Below are positions 14,850 through 29,500 of a DNA stretch of 64,000 nt, in pieces. Position numbers and translations under genes: made by a program. Positions within the stretch are counted from its first letter, which is position 1, and each line of letters opens with the position of its first letter. The notes beneath the pieces were generated by a model that saw only the letters and a list, made by a program, of their open reading frames with translations, ran no database searches and was not told where the DNA came from. Source of the DNA: Eledone cirrhosa (Eukaryota). The stretch lies in assembly GCA_964016885.1 (NCBI GenBank), contig OZ024741.1:6324001-6388000 (forward strand), given 5' to 3'.

Positions 14850-17800
14850 TTCTGTACCTGACAGGTATAAAGTTATTCTGATCCTGACAGGTATAAAGGT
14901 ATTCTGGACCTGACAGATGTAAAGGTATTCTGTACCTGACAGGTATAAAGGTATTCTGTACCTGACAGGTATAAAGGTATTCTGTACCTGACAGATATAA
15001 AAGTATCCTGTACCTGACAGATATAAAGGTATTCTGTACCTGACAGGTATAAAGGTATTCCGTACCTGACAGGTATAAAGGTATTCAGTACCTGACAGAT
15101 AAAAAAGTATTCAGTACCTGACAGGTATAAAGGTATTCTGTACCTGACAGGTATAAAGGTATTCTGTTCCTGACAGATCTAAAGGTATTCTGTACCTGAC
15201 AGATGTAAAGGTATTCTGTTCCTGACAGGTATAAAGGTATACTGTACCTGACAGGTATAAAGGTATTCTGTTCCTGACAGATGTAAAGGTATTCTGTTCC
15301 TGACAGATGTAAAAGTATTCTGTACCTGACAGGTATAAAGGTATTCTGTACCTGACAGGTATAAAGGTATTCTGTTCCTGACAGATGTAAAGGTATTCTG
15401 TACCTTACAGATGTAAAGGTATTCTGTACCTGACAGGTATAAAGGTATTCTGTACCTGACAGGTATAAAGGTATTCTGTTCAAGACAGGTATAAAGGTAT
15501 TATGTTCCTGACAGGTATAAAGGTATTTTGTTTCTGACAGGTATAAAGATATTCTGTTCCTGACAAGTATAAAGGTATTCTGTACCTGACAGGTATAAAG
15601 GCATTCTGTACCTGACAGGTATAAAGGTATTCTGTTCCTGACAGATGTAAAGGTATTCTGTTCCTGACAGAGGTAAAGGTATTCTGTACCTGACAGGTAT
15701 AAGGGTATTCTGTACCTGACAGATGTAAAGGCATTCTGTACCTGACAGATGTAAAGGTATTCTGTACCTGACAGATGTAAAGGTATTCTGTACCTGACAG
15801 GAATAAAGGTATTCTGGAGCTGACAGATGTAAAGGTATTCTGTACCTGACAGGTATAAAGGTATTCTGTTCCTGACAGATGTAAAGGTATTCTGTACCTG
15901 ACAGGTATAAAGGTATTCTGTACCTGACAGGTATAAAGGTATTCTGTACCTGATGGATATAAAGGTATTCTGTACCTGACAGATGTAAAGGTATTCTGTT
16001 CCTGACAGATATAAAGGTATTCTGTACCTGAGAGATATAAAGGTATTCTGTACATGACAGATGTAAAGGTATTCTGTACCTGACAGATGTAAAGGTATTC
16101 TATACCTGACAGGTATAAAGGTATTCTGTAACTTACAGGTATAAAGGTATTCTGTTCATGACAGATGTAAAGGTATTCTGTACCTGACAGATGTAAAGAT
16201 ATTCTGTTCCTGACAGGTATAAAGGTATTCTGTACCTGACAGGTATAAAGGTATTCTGTTCCTGACAGATGTAAAGGTATTCTGTTCCTGACAGTTGTAA
16301 AGGTATTCTGTACCTGACAGGTATAAAGGTATTCTGTACCTGACAGGTATAAAGGTATTCTGTTCCTGACAGATGTAAAGGTATTCTGTACCTGACAGAT
16401 GTAAAGGTATTCTGTACCTGACAGGTATAAAGGTATTCTGTACCTGACAGGTATAAAGGTATTCTGTTTCTGACAGGTATAGAGGTATTCTGTTCCTGAC
16501 AGGTATAATGGTATTCTGTACCTGACAGGTATAAAGCTATTCTGTACCTGACAGATATAAAGGTATTCTGTTCCTGACATGTATAAAGGTATTCTGTAAC
16601 CTACAGATATAAAGGTATTCTGTACCTGACAGGTATAAATTATTCTGTACCTGACAGGTATAAAGGTATTCTGTACCTGACAGGTATAAATGTATTCTGT
16701 ACCTGACTGGTATAAAGGTATTCTGTACCTGAGAGATATAAAGGTATTCTGTACCTGATAGGTATAAAGGTATTCTGTACCTGACAGGTATAAAGGTATT
16801 CTGTACCTGACAGGTATAAAGGTATGCTGTACCTGACAGATGTAAAGGTATTCTGTACCTGACAGATTTAAAGGTATTCTGTACCTGACAGGTATAAAGG
16901 TATTCTGTAGCTGACAGGTATAAAGTTATTCTGTCCCTGACAGATAAAAAGGTGTTCTGTACTTGACAGATGTAAAGGTATTCTGTACCTGACAGGTATA
17001 AAGGTATTCTGTACCTGACAGGTATAAAGTTATTCTGTTCCTGACAGGTATAAAGGTATTCTGGACCTGACAGATGTAAAGGTATTCTGTACCTGACAGG
17101 TATAAAGGTATTCTGTACCTGACAGGTATAAAGGTATTCTGTACCTGACAGATATAAAAGTATCCTGTACCTGACAGGTATAAAGGTATTCTGTACCTGA
17201 CAGGTATAAAGGTATTCTGTTCCTGACAGATGTAAAGGTATTCTGTACCTGACATATGCAAAGGTATTCTGTTCCTGACAGGTATAAAGTTATTCTGTAC
17301 CTGACAGGTATAAAGGTATTCTGTTCCTGACAGATGTAAAGGTATTCTGTACCGGCCAGGTATAAAAGTATTCTGTACCTGACAGGTATAAAGGTATTCT
17401 TTACCTGACAGGTATAAAGGTATTCTGTACCTGACAGATGTAAAGGTATTCTGTTCCTGACAGATGTAAAGTTATTCTGTACCTGACAGATGTAAAGGTA
17501 TTCTGTTCCTGACAGATATAAAGGTATTCTGTTCCTGACAGATGTAAAGGTATTCTGTACCTGACAGATGTAAAGGTATTCTGTACCTGACAGGTATAAA
17601 GGTATTCTGTACCTGACAGGTATAAAGGTATTCTGTACCTGACAGATGTAAAGGTATTCTGTACCTGACAGGTATAAAGATATTCTGTACCTAACAGGTA
17701 TAAAGGTATTCTGTTCCTGACAGATGTAAAGGTATTCTGTTCCTGACAGATGTAAAGGTATTCTGTACCTGACAGGTATAAAGGTATTCTGTACCTGACA

Positions 17801-20800
17801 GGTATAAAGGTATTCTGTTCCTGACAGATGTAAAGGTATTCTGTACCGGCCAGGTATAAAAGTATTCTGTACCTGACAGGTATAAAGGTATTCTGTTCAA
17901 GACAGGTATAAAGGTATTACGTTCCTGACAGGTATAAAGGTATTTTGTTTCTGACAGGTATAAAGATATTCTGTTCCTGACAGGTATAAAGGTATTCTGT
18001 ACCTGACAGGTATAAAGGCATTCTGTACCTGACAGGTATAAAGGTATTCTGTTCCTGACAGATGTAAAGGTATTCTGTTCCTGACAGATGTAAAGGTATT
18101 CTGTACCTGACAGGTATAAGGGTATTCTGTATCTGACAGATGTAAAGGCATTCTGTACCTGACAGATGTAAAGGTATTCTGTACCTGACAGATGTAAAGG
18201 TATTCTGTACCTGACAGGTATAAAGGTATTCTGTACCTGACAGATGTAAAGGTATTCTGTACCTGACAGGTATAAAGGTATTCTGTTCCTGACAGATGAA
18301 AAGGTATTCTGTACCTGACAGGTATAAAGGTATTCTGTACCTGACAGGTATAAAGGTATTCTGTACCTGATAGATATAAAGGTATTCTGTACCTGACAGA
18401 TGTAAAGGTATTCTGTTCCTGAGAGATATAAAGGTATTCTGTACCTGACAGATATAAAGGTATTCTGTACCTGACAGATGTAAAGGTATTCTGTACCTGA
18501 CAGATGTAAAGGTATTCTGTACCTGACAGGTATAAAGGTATTCTGTTCCTGACAGATGTAAAGGTATTCTGTACCTGACAGATGTAAAGATATTCTGTTT
18601 CTGACAGGTATAAAGGTATTCTGTACCTGACAGGTATAAAGGTATTCTGTACCTAACAGGTATAAAGGTATGCTGTACCTGACAGATGTAAAGGTATTCT
18701 GTACCTGACAGATGTAAAGGTATTCTGTACCTGACAGGTATAAAGGTATTCTGTAGCTGACAGGTATAAAGTTATTCTGTCCCTGACAGATAAAAAGGTG
18801 TTCTGTACTTGACAGATGTAAAGGTATTCTGTACCTGACAGGTATAAAGGTATTCTGTACCTGACAGGTATAAAGGTATTCTGTTCAAGACAGGTATAAA
18901 GGTATTATGTTCCTGACAGGTATAAAGGTATTTTGTTTCTGACAGGTATAAAGATATTCTGTTCCTGACAAGTATAAAGGTATTCTGTACCTGACAGGTA
19001 TAAAGGCATTCTGTACCTGACAGGTATAAAGGTATTCTTTTCCTGACAGATGTAAAGGTATTCTGTTCCTGACAGAGGTAAAGGTATTCTGTACCTGACA
19101 GGTATAAGGGTATTCTGTACCTGACAGATGTAAAGGCATTCTGTACCTGACAGATGTAAAGGTATTCTGTACCTGACAGATGTAAAGGTATTCTGTACCT
19201 GACAGGTATAAAGGTATTCTGGAGCTGACAGATGTAAAGGTATTCTGTACCTGACAGGTATAAAGGTATTCTGTTCCTGACAGATGTAAAGGTATTCTGT
19301 ACCTGACAGGTATAAAGGTATTCTGTACCTGACAGGTATAAAGGTATTCTGTACCTGATGGATATAAAGGTATTCTGTACCTGACAGATGTAAAGGTATT
19401 CTGTTCCTGACAGATATAAAGGTATTCTGTACCTGAGAGATATAAAGGTATTCTGTACATGACAGATGTAAAGGTATTCTGTACTTGACAGATGTAAAGG
19501 TATTCTATACCTGACAGGTATAAAGGTATTCTGTACCTGACAGGTATAAAGGTATTCTGTTCATGACAGATGTAAAGGTATTCTGTACCTGACAGATGTA
19601 AAGATATTCTGTTCCTGACAGGTATAAAGGTATTCTGTACCTGACAGGTATAAAGGTATTCTGTTCCTGACAGATGTAAAGGTATTCTGTTCCTGACAGT
19701 TGTAAAGGTATTCTGTACCTGACAGGTATAAAGGTATTCTGTACCTGACAGGTATAAAGGTATTCTGTTCCTGACAGATGTAAAGGTATTCTGTACCTGA
19801 CAGATGTAAAGGTATTCTGTACCTGACAGGTATAAAGGTATTCTGTACCTGACAGGTATAAAGGTATTCTGTTTCTGACAGGTATAGAGGTATTCTGTTC
19901 CTGACAGGTATAATGGTATTCTGTACCTGACAGGTATAAAGCTATTCTGTACCTGACAGATATAAAGGTATTCTGTTCCTGACATGTATAAAGGTATTCT
20001 GTAACCTACAGATATAAAGGTATTCTGTACCTGACAGGTATAAATTATTCTGTACCTGACAGGTATAAAGGTATTCTGTACCTGACAGGTATAAATGTAT
20101 TCTGTACCTGACTGGTATAAAGGTATTCTGTACCTGAGAGATATAAAGGTATTCTGTACCTGACAGGTATAAAGGTATTCTGTACCTGACAGGTATAAAG
20201 GTATTCTGTACCTGACAGGTATAAAGGTATGCTGTACCTGACAGATGTAAAGGTATTCTGTACCTGACAGATTTAAAGGTATTCTGTACCTGACAGATGT
20301 AAAGGTATTCTGTACCTGACAGGTATAAAGGTATTCTGTAGCTGACAGGTATAAAGTTATTCTGTCCCTGACAGATAAAAAGGTGTTCTGTACTTGACAG
20401 ATGTAAAGGTATTCTGTACCTGACAGGTATAAAGGTATTCTGTACCTGACAGGTATAAAGTTATTCTGTTCCTGACAGGTATAAAGGTATTCTGGACCTG
20501 ACAGATGTAAAGGTATTCTGTACCTGACAGGTATAAAGGTATTCTGTACCTGACAGGTATAAAGGTATTCTGTACCTGACAGATATAAAAGTATCCTGTA
20601 CCTGACAGGTATAAAGGTATTCTGTACCTGACAGGTATAAAGGTATTCTGTTCCTGACAGATGTAAAGGTATTCTGTACCTGACAGATGCAAAGGTATTC
20701 TGTTCCTGACAGGTATAAAGTTATACTGTACCTGACAGGTATAAAGGTATTCTGTTCCTGACAGATGTAAAGGTATTCTGTTCCTGGCAGATGTAAAGGT

Positions 20801-23800
20801 ATTCTGTACCTGACAGGTATAAAGGTATTCTTTACCTGACAGGTATAAAGGTATTCTGTACCTGACAGATGTAAAGGTATTCTGTTCCTGACAGATGTAA
20901 AGTTATTCTGTACCTGACAGATGTAAAGGTATTCTGTTCCTGACAGATATAAAGGTATTCTGTTCCTGACAGATGTAAAGGTATTCTGTACCTGACAGAT
21001 GTAAAGGTATTCTGTACCTGACAGGTATAAAGGTATTCTGTACCTGACAGGTATAAAGGTATTCTGTACCTGACAGATGTAAAGGTATTCTGTACCTGAC
21101 AGGTATAAAGGTATTCTGTACCTAACAGGTATAAAGGTATTCTGTTCCTGACAGATGTAAAGGTATTCTGTTCCTGACAGATGTAAAGGTATTCTGTACC
21201 TGACAGGTATAAAGGTATTCTGTACCTGACAGGTATAAAGGTATTCTGTTCCTGACAGATGTAAAGGTATTCTGTACCGGCCAGGTATAAAAGTATTCTG
21301 TACCTGACAGGTATAAAGGTATTCTGTTCAAGACAGGTATAAAGGTATTACGTTCCTGACAGGTATAAAGGTATTTTGTTTCTGACAGGTATAAAGATAT
21401 TCTGTTCCTGACAGGTATAAAGGTATTCTGTACCTGACAGGTATAAAGGCATTCTGTACCTGACAGGTATAAAGGTATTCTGTTCCTGACAGATGTAAAG
21501 GTATTCTGTTCCTGACACATGTAAAGGTATTCTGTACCTGACAGGTATAAGGGTATTCTGTATCTGACAGATGTAAAGGCATTCTGTACCTGACAGATGT
21601 AAAGGTATTCTGTACCTGACAGATGTAAAGGTATTCTGTACCTGACAGGTATAAAGGTATTCTGTACCTGACAGATGTAAAGGTATTCTGTACCTGACAG
21701 GTATAAAGGTATTCTGTTCCTGACAGATGAAAAGGTATTCTGTACCTGACAGGTATAAAGGTATTCTGTACCTGACAGGTATAAAGGTATTCTCTACCTG
21801 ATAGATATAAAGGTATTCTGTACCTGACAGATGTAAAGGTATTCTGTTCCTGAGAGATATAAATGTATTCTGTACCTGCAGATATAAAGGTATTCTGTAC
21901 CTGACAGATGTAAAGGTATTCTGTACCTGACAGATGTAAAGGTATTCTGTACCTGACAGGTATAAAGGTATTCTGTTCCTGACAGATGTAAAGGTATTCT
22001 GTACCTGACAGATGTAAAGATATTCTGTTTCTGACAGGTATAAAGGTATTCTGTACCTGAGAGGTATAAAGGTATTCTGTTCCTGACAGATGTAAAGGTA
22101 TTCTCTTCCTGACAGATGTAAAGGTATTCTGTACCTGACAGGTATAAAGGTATTCTGTGCCTGACAGGTATAAAGGTATTCTGTTCCTGACAGATGTAAA
22201 GGTATTCTGTACCTGACAGATGTAAAGGTGTTCTGTACCTGACAGGTATAAAGGTATTCTGTACCTGACAGGTATACAGGTATTCTTTTTCTGACAGGTA
22301 TAGAGGTATTCTGTACCTGACAGATATAAAGGTATTCTGTTCCTGACATGTATGAAGGTTTCTGTACCTAACAGATATAAAGGTATTCTGTACCTGATAG
22401 GTATAAATTATTCTGTACCTGACAGGTATAAAGGTATTCTGTACCTGACAGGTATAAAGGTATTCTGTACCTGACAGGTATAAAGTTATTCTGATCCTGA
22501 CAGGTATAAAGGTATTCTGGACCTGACAGATGTAAAGGTATTCTGTACCTGACAGGTATAAAGGTATTCTGTACCTGACAGGTATAAAGGTATTCTGTAC
22601 CTGACAGATATAAAAGTATCCTGTACATGACAGATATAAAGGTATTCTGTACCTGACAGGTATAAAGGTATTCCGTACCTGACAGGTATAAAGGTATTCA
22701 GTACCTGACAGATAAAAAAGTATTCAGTACCTGACAGGTATAAAGGTATTCTGTACCTGACAGGTATAAAGGTATTCTGTTCCTGACAGACCTAAAGGTA
22801 TTCTGTACCTGACAGATGTAAAGGTATTCTGTTCCTGACAGGTATAAAGGTATACTGTACCTGACAGGTATAAAGGTATTCTGTTCCTGACAGATGTAAA
22901 GGTATTCTGTTCCTGACAGATGTAAAAGTATTCTGTACCTGACAGGTATAAAGGTATTCTGTACCTGACAGGTATAAAGGTATTCTGTTCCTGACAGATG
23001 TAAAGGTATTCTGTACCTTACAGATGTAAAGGTATTCTGTACCTGACAGGTATAAAGGTATTCTGTACCTGACAGGTATAAAGGTATTCTGTTCAAGACA
23101 GGTATAAAGGTATTATGTTCCTGACAGGTATAAAGGTATTTTGTTTCTGACAGGTATAAAGATATTCTGTTCCTGACAAGTATAAAGGTATTCTGTACCT
23201 GACAGGTATAAAGGCATTCTGTACCTGACAGGTATAAAGGTATTCTGTTCCTGACAGATGTAAAGGTATTCTGTTCCTGACAGAGGTAAAGGTATTCTGT
23301 ACCTGACAGGTATAAGGGTATTCTGTACCTGACAGATGTAAAGGCATTCTGTACCTGACAGATGTAAAGGTATTCTGTACCTGACAGATGTAAAGGTATT
23401 CTGTACCTGACAGGTATAAAGGTATTCTGGAGCTGACAGATGTAAAGGTATTCTGTACCTGACAGGTATAAAGGTATTCTGTTCCTGACAGATGTAAAGG
23501 TATTCTGTACCTGACAGGTATAAAGGTATTCTGTACCTGACAGGTATAAAGGTATTCTGTACCTGATGGATATAAAGGTATTCTGTACCTGACAGATGTA
23601 AAGGTATTCTGTTCCTGACAGATATAAAGGTATTCTGTACCTGAGAGATATAAACGTATTCTGTACATGACAGATGTAAAGGTATTCTATACCTGACAGG
23701 TATAAAGGTATTCTGTACCTGACAGGTATAAAGGTATTCTGTTCATGACAGATGTAAAGGTATTCTGTACCTGACAGATGTAAAGATATTCTGTTCCTGA

Positions 23801-26550
23801 CAGGTATAAAGGTATTCTGTACCTGACAGGTATAAAGGTATTCTGTTCCTGACAGATGTAAAGGTATTCTGTTCCTGACAGTTGTAAAGGTATTCTGTAC
23901 CTGACAGGTATAAAGGTATTCTGTACCTGACAGGTATAAAGGTATTCTGTTCCTGACAGATGTAAAGGTATTCTGTACCTGACAGATGTAAAGGTATTCT
24001 GTACCTGACAGGTATAAAGGTATTCTGTACCTGACAGGTATAAAGGTATTCTGTTTCTGACAGGTATAGAGGTATTCTGTTCCTGACAGGTATAATGGTA
24101 TTCTGTACCTGACAGGTATAAAGCTATTCTGTACCTGACAGATATAAAGGTATTCTGTTCCTGACATGTATAAAGGTATTCTGTAACCTACAGATATAAA
24201 GGTATTCTGTACCTGACAGGTATAAATTATTCTGTACCTGACAGGTATAAAGGTATTCTGTACCTGACTGGTATAAATGTATTCTGTACCTGACTGGTAT
24301 GAAGGTATTCTGTACCTGAGAGATATAAAGGTATTCTGTACCTGACAGGTATAAAGGTATTCTGTACCTGACAGGTATAAAGGTATTCTGTACCTGACAG
24401 GTATAAAGGTATGCTGTACCTGACAGATGTAAAGGTATTCTGTACCTGACAGATTTAAAGGTATTCTGTACCTGACAGATGTAAAGGTATTCTGTACCTG
24501 ACAGGTATAAAGGTATTCTGTAGCTGACAGGTATAAAGTTATTCTGTCCCTGACAGATAAAAAGGTGTTCTGTACTTGACAGATGTAAAGGTATTCTGTA
24601 CCTGACAGGTATAAAGGTATTCTGTACCTGACAGGTATAAAGTTATTCTGTTCCTGACAGGTATAAAGGTATTCTGGACCTGACAGATGTAAAGGTATTC
24701 TGTACCTGACAGGTATAAAGGTATTCTGTACCTGACAGGTATAAAGGTATTCTGTACCTGACAGATATAAAAGTATCCTGTACCTGACAGGTATAAAGGT
24801 ATTCTATACCTGACAGGTATAAAGGTATTCTGTTCCTGACAGATGTAAAGGTATTCTGTACCTGACAGATGCAAAGGTATTCTGTTCCTGACAGGTATAA
24901 AGTTATTCTGTACCTGACAGGTATAAAGGTATCCTGTTCCTGACAGATGTAAAGGTATTCTGTTCCTGGCAGATGTAAAGGTATTCTGTACCTGACAGGT
25001 ATAAAGGTATTCTTTACCTGACAGGTATAAAGGTATTCTGTACCTGACAGATGTAAAGGTATTCTGTTCCTGACAGATGTAAAGTTATTCTGTACCTCAC
25101 AGATGTAAAGGTATTCTGTTCCTGAGAGATATAAAGGTATTCTGTTCCTGACAGATGTAAAGGTATTCTGTACCTGACAGATGTAAAGGTATTCTGTACC
25201 TGACAGGTATAAAGGTATTCTGTACCTGACAGGTATAAAGGTATTCTGTACCTGACAGATGTAAAGGTATTCTGTACCTGACAGGTATAAAGGTATTCTG
25301 TACCTAACAGGTATAAAGGTATTCTGTTCCTGACAGATGTAAAGGTATTCTGTTCCTGACAGATGTAAAGGTATTCTGTACCTGACAGGTATAAAGGTAT
25401 TCTGTACCTGACAGGTATAAAGGTATTCTGTTCCTGACAGATGTAAAGGTATTCTGTACCGGCCAGGTATAAAAGTATTCTGTACCTGACAGGTATAAAG
25501 GTATTCTGTTCAAGACAGGTATAAAGGTATTACGTTCCTGACAGGTATAAAGGTATTTTGTTTCTGACAGGTATAAAGATATTCTGTTCCTGACAGGTAT
25601 AAAGGTATTCTGTACCTGACAGGTATAAAGGCATTCTGTACCTGACAGGTATAAAGGTATTCTGTTCCTGACAGATGTAAAGGTATTCTGTTCCTGACAG
25701 ATGTAAAGGTATTCTGTACCTGACAGGTATAAGGGTATTCTGTATCTGACAGATGTAAAGGCATTCTGTACCTGACAGATGTAAAGGTATTCTGTACCTG
25801 ACAGATGTAAAGGTATTCTGTACCTGACAGGTATAAAGGTATTCTGTACCTGACAGATGTAAAGGTATTCTGTACCTGACAGGTATAAAGGTATTCTGTT
25901 CCTGACAGATGAAAAGGTATTCTGTACCTGACAGGTATAAAGGTATTCTGTACCTGACAGGTATAAAGGTATTCTCTACCTGATAGATATAAAGGTATTC
26001 TGTACCTGACAGATGTAAAGGTATTCTGTTCCTGAGAGATATAAAGGTATTCTGTACCTGACAGATATAAAGGTATTCTGTACGTGACAGATGTAAAGGT
26101 ATTCTGTACCTGACAGACGTAAAGGTATTCTGTACCTGACAGGTATAAAGGTATTCTGTTCCTGACAGATGTAAAGGTATTCTGTACCTGACAGATGTAA
26201 AGATATTCTGTTTCTGACAGGTATAAAGGTATTCTGTACCTGACAGGTATAAAGGTATTCTGTTCCTGACAGATGTAAAGGTATTCTCTTCCTGACAGAT
26301 GTAAAGGTATTCTGTACCTGACAGGTATAAAGGTATTCTGTGCCTGACAGGTATAAAGGTATTCTGTTCCTGACAGATGTAAAGGTATTCTGTACCTGAC
26401 AGATGTAAAGGTGTTCTGTACCTGACAGGTATAAAGGTATTCTGTACCTGACAGGTATACAGGTATTCTTTTTCTGACAGGTATAGAGGTATTCTGTACC
26501 TGACAGATATAAAGGTATTCTGTTCCTGACATGTATGAAGGTATTCTGTA
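14850..26550. repeat. Three near-identical copies of a ~3.2-3.4 kb higher-order unit (offsets 3405/3431 and 4182 bp)
   Basis: ORF pairs 15480/18885 (3405), 16926/20357 and 17897/21328 (3431), 20357/24539 and 21328/25510 (4182). Shared private variants include gtaccggccagg, attacgttcc and gtccctgacagataaaaaggtgttc. Confidence 0.88.
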
Positions 26551-29500
26551 CCTAACAGATATAAAGGTATTCTGTACCTGATAGGTATAAATTATTCTGT
26601 ACCTGACAGGTATAAAGGTATTCTGTACCTGACAGGTATAAAGGTATTCTGTACCTGACAGGTATAAAGGTATTCTGTACCTGAGAGATATAAAGGTATT
26701 CTGTACCTGACAGGTATAAAGGTATTCTGTACCTGACAGGTGTAAAGGCATTCTGTACCCGACAGGTATAAAGGTATTCTGTACCTGAGAGATATAAAGG
26801 TATTCTGTACCTGACAGGTATAAAGGTATTCTGTACTTGACAGGTATAAAGGTATGCTGTACCTGACAGATGTAAAGGTATTCTTTACCTGACAGGTATA
26901 AAGGTATTCTGTACCTGACAGATGTAAAGGTATTCTGTTCCTGATAGATGTAAAAATATTCTGTTCCTGACGGATATAAAGGTATTCTGTTCCTGACAGA
27001 TGTAAAGGTATTCTGTACCTGACAGATGTAAAGGTATTCTGTACCTGACAGATGTAAAGGTATTCTGTACCTGACAGATATAAAGGTATTCTGTACCTGA
27101 CAGGTATAAAGGTATTCTGTACCTGACAGATGTAAAGGTATTCTGTACCTAACAGGTATAAAGGTATTCTGTACCTGACAGGTATAAAGGTATTCTCTAC
27201 CTGACAGGTATAAAGGTATTCTGTAGCTGACAGGTACAAAGGTATTCTGTACCTGACAGATATAAAAGTATTCTGTACCTGACAGGTATAAAGGTATTCT
27301 GTACCTGACAGGTATAAAGGTATTCTGTTCCTGACAGATGTAAAGGTATTCTGTACCTGACAGATGTAAAGGTATTCTGTTCCTGACAGGTATAAAGGTA
27401 TTCTGTACCTGACAGGTATAAAGGTATTCTGTTCCTGAAAGATGTAAAGGTATTCTGTTCCTGACAGATGTAAAGGTATTCTGTACCTGACAGGTATAAA
27501 GGTATTCTGTACCTGACAGGTATAAAGGTATTCTGTTCCTGACAGATGTAAAGGTATTCTGTACCTGACAGATGTAAAGGTATTCTGTACCTGACAGGTA
27601 TATAGGTATTCTGTACCGGACAGGTATAAAGGTATTCTGTTCAAGACAGGTATAAAAGTATTATGTTCCTGACAGGTATAAAGGTATTCTGTACCTGACA
27701 GGTATAAAGGCATTCTGTACCTGACAAGTATAAAGGTATTCTGTTCCTGACAGATGTAAAGGTATTCTGTTCCTGACAGATGTAAAGGTATTCGGTACCT
27801 GACAGGTATAAGGGTATTCTGTACCTGACAGATGTAAAGGCATTCTGTACCTGACAGATGTAAAGGTATTCTGTACCTGACAGATGTAAAGGTATTCTGT
27901 ACCTGACAGGTATAATGGTATTCTGTACCTGACAGATATAAAGGTATTCTGTATCTGACAGGTATAAAGGTATTCTGTTCCTGACAGATGTGAAGGTATT
28001 CTGTACCTGACAGGTATAAAGGTATTCTCTGCCTGACAGGTATAAAGGTATTCTGTACCTGATAGTTATAAAGGTATTCTGTAGCTGACAGATGTAAAGG
28101 TATTCTGTTCCTGACAGATATAAAGGTATTCTGTACCTGACAGATATAAAGGTATTCTGTACCTGACAGATGTAAAGGTATTCTGTACCTGACAGATGTA
28201 AAGGTATTCTGTACCTGACAGGTATAAAGGTATTCTGTACCTCACAGGTATAAAGGTATTCTGTTCAAGACAGGTATAAAGGTATTCTGTACCTGACAGG
28301 AATAAAGGTATTATGTTCCTGACAGGTATAAAGGTATTTTGTTTCTGACAGGTATAAAGATATTCTGTTCCTGACAGGTATAAAGGTATTCTGTACCTGA
28401 CAGGTATAAAGGCATTCTGTACCTGACAGGTATAAAGGTATTCTGTTCCTGACAGATGTAAAGGTATTCTGTTCCTGACAGAGGTAAAGGTATTCTGTAC
28501 CTGACAGGTATAAGGGTATTCTGTACCTGACAGATGTAAAGGCATTCTGTACCTGACAGATGTAAAGGTATTCTGTACCTGACAGATGTAAAGGTATTCT
28601 GTACCTGACAGGTATAAAGCTATTCTGTACCTGACAGATGTAAAGGTATTCTGTACCTGACAGATGTAAAGGTATTCTGTACCTGACAGGTATAAAGGTA
28701 TTCTGTTCCTGACAGATGTAAAGGTATTCTGTACCTGACAGGTATAAAGGTATTCTGTACCTGACAGGTATAAAGGTATTCTGTACCTGATAGATATAAA
28801 GGTATTCTGTACCTGACAGATGTAAAGGTATTCCGTTCCTGACAGATATAAAGGTATTCTGTACCTGACAGATATAAAGGTATTCTGTACCTGACAGATG
28901 TAAAGTTATTCTGTACCTGACAGATGTAAAGGTATTCTGTACCTGACAGGTATAAAGGTATTCTGTTCCTGACAGATGTAAAGGTATTCTGTACCTGACA
29001 GATGTAAAGATATTCTGTTCCTGACAGGTATAAAGGTATTCTGTACCTGACAGGTATAAAGGTATACTGTTCCTGACAGATGTAAAGGTATTCTGTACCT
29101 GACAGGTATAAAGGTATTCTGTACCTGACAGGTATAAAGGTATTCTGTTTCTGACAGGTATAGAGGTATTCTGTACCTGACAAGTATAAAGGTATTCTGT
29201 ACCTTACAGGTATAAAGCTATTCTGTACCTGACAGTTATGAAGGTATTCTGTTCCTGACATGTATAAAGGTATTCTGTACCTGACAGATATAAAGGTATT
29301 CTGGACCTGACAGGTATAAATTATTCTGTACCTGACAGGTACAAAGGTATTCTGTACCTGACAGGTATAAAGGTATTCTGTACCTGACAGGTATAAAGGT
29401 ATTCTGTACCCGACAGGTATAAAGCTATTCTGTACCTGAGAAATATAAAGGTATTCTGGACCTGACAGGTATAAAGGTATTCTGTACCTGACAGGTATAA

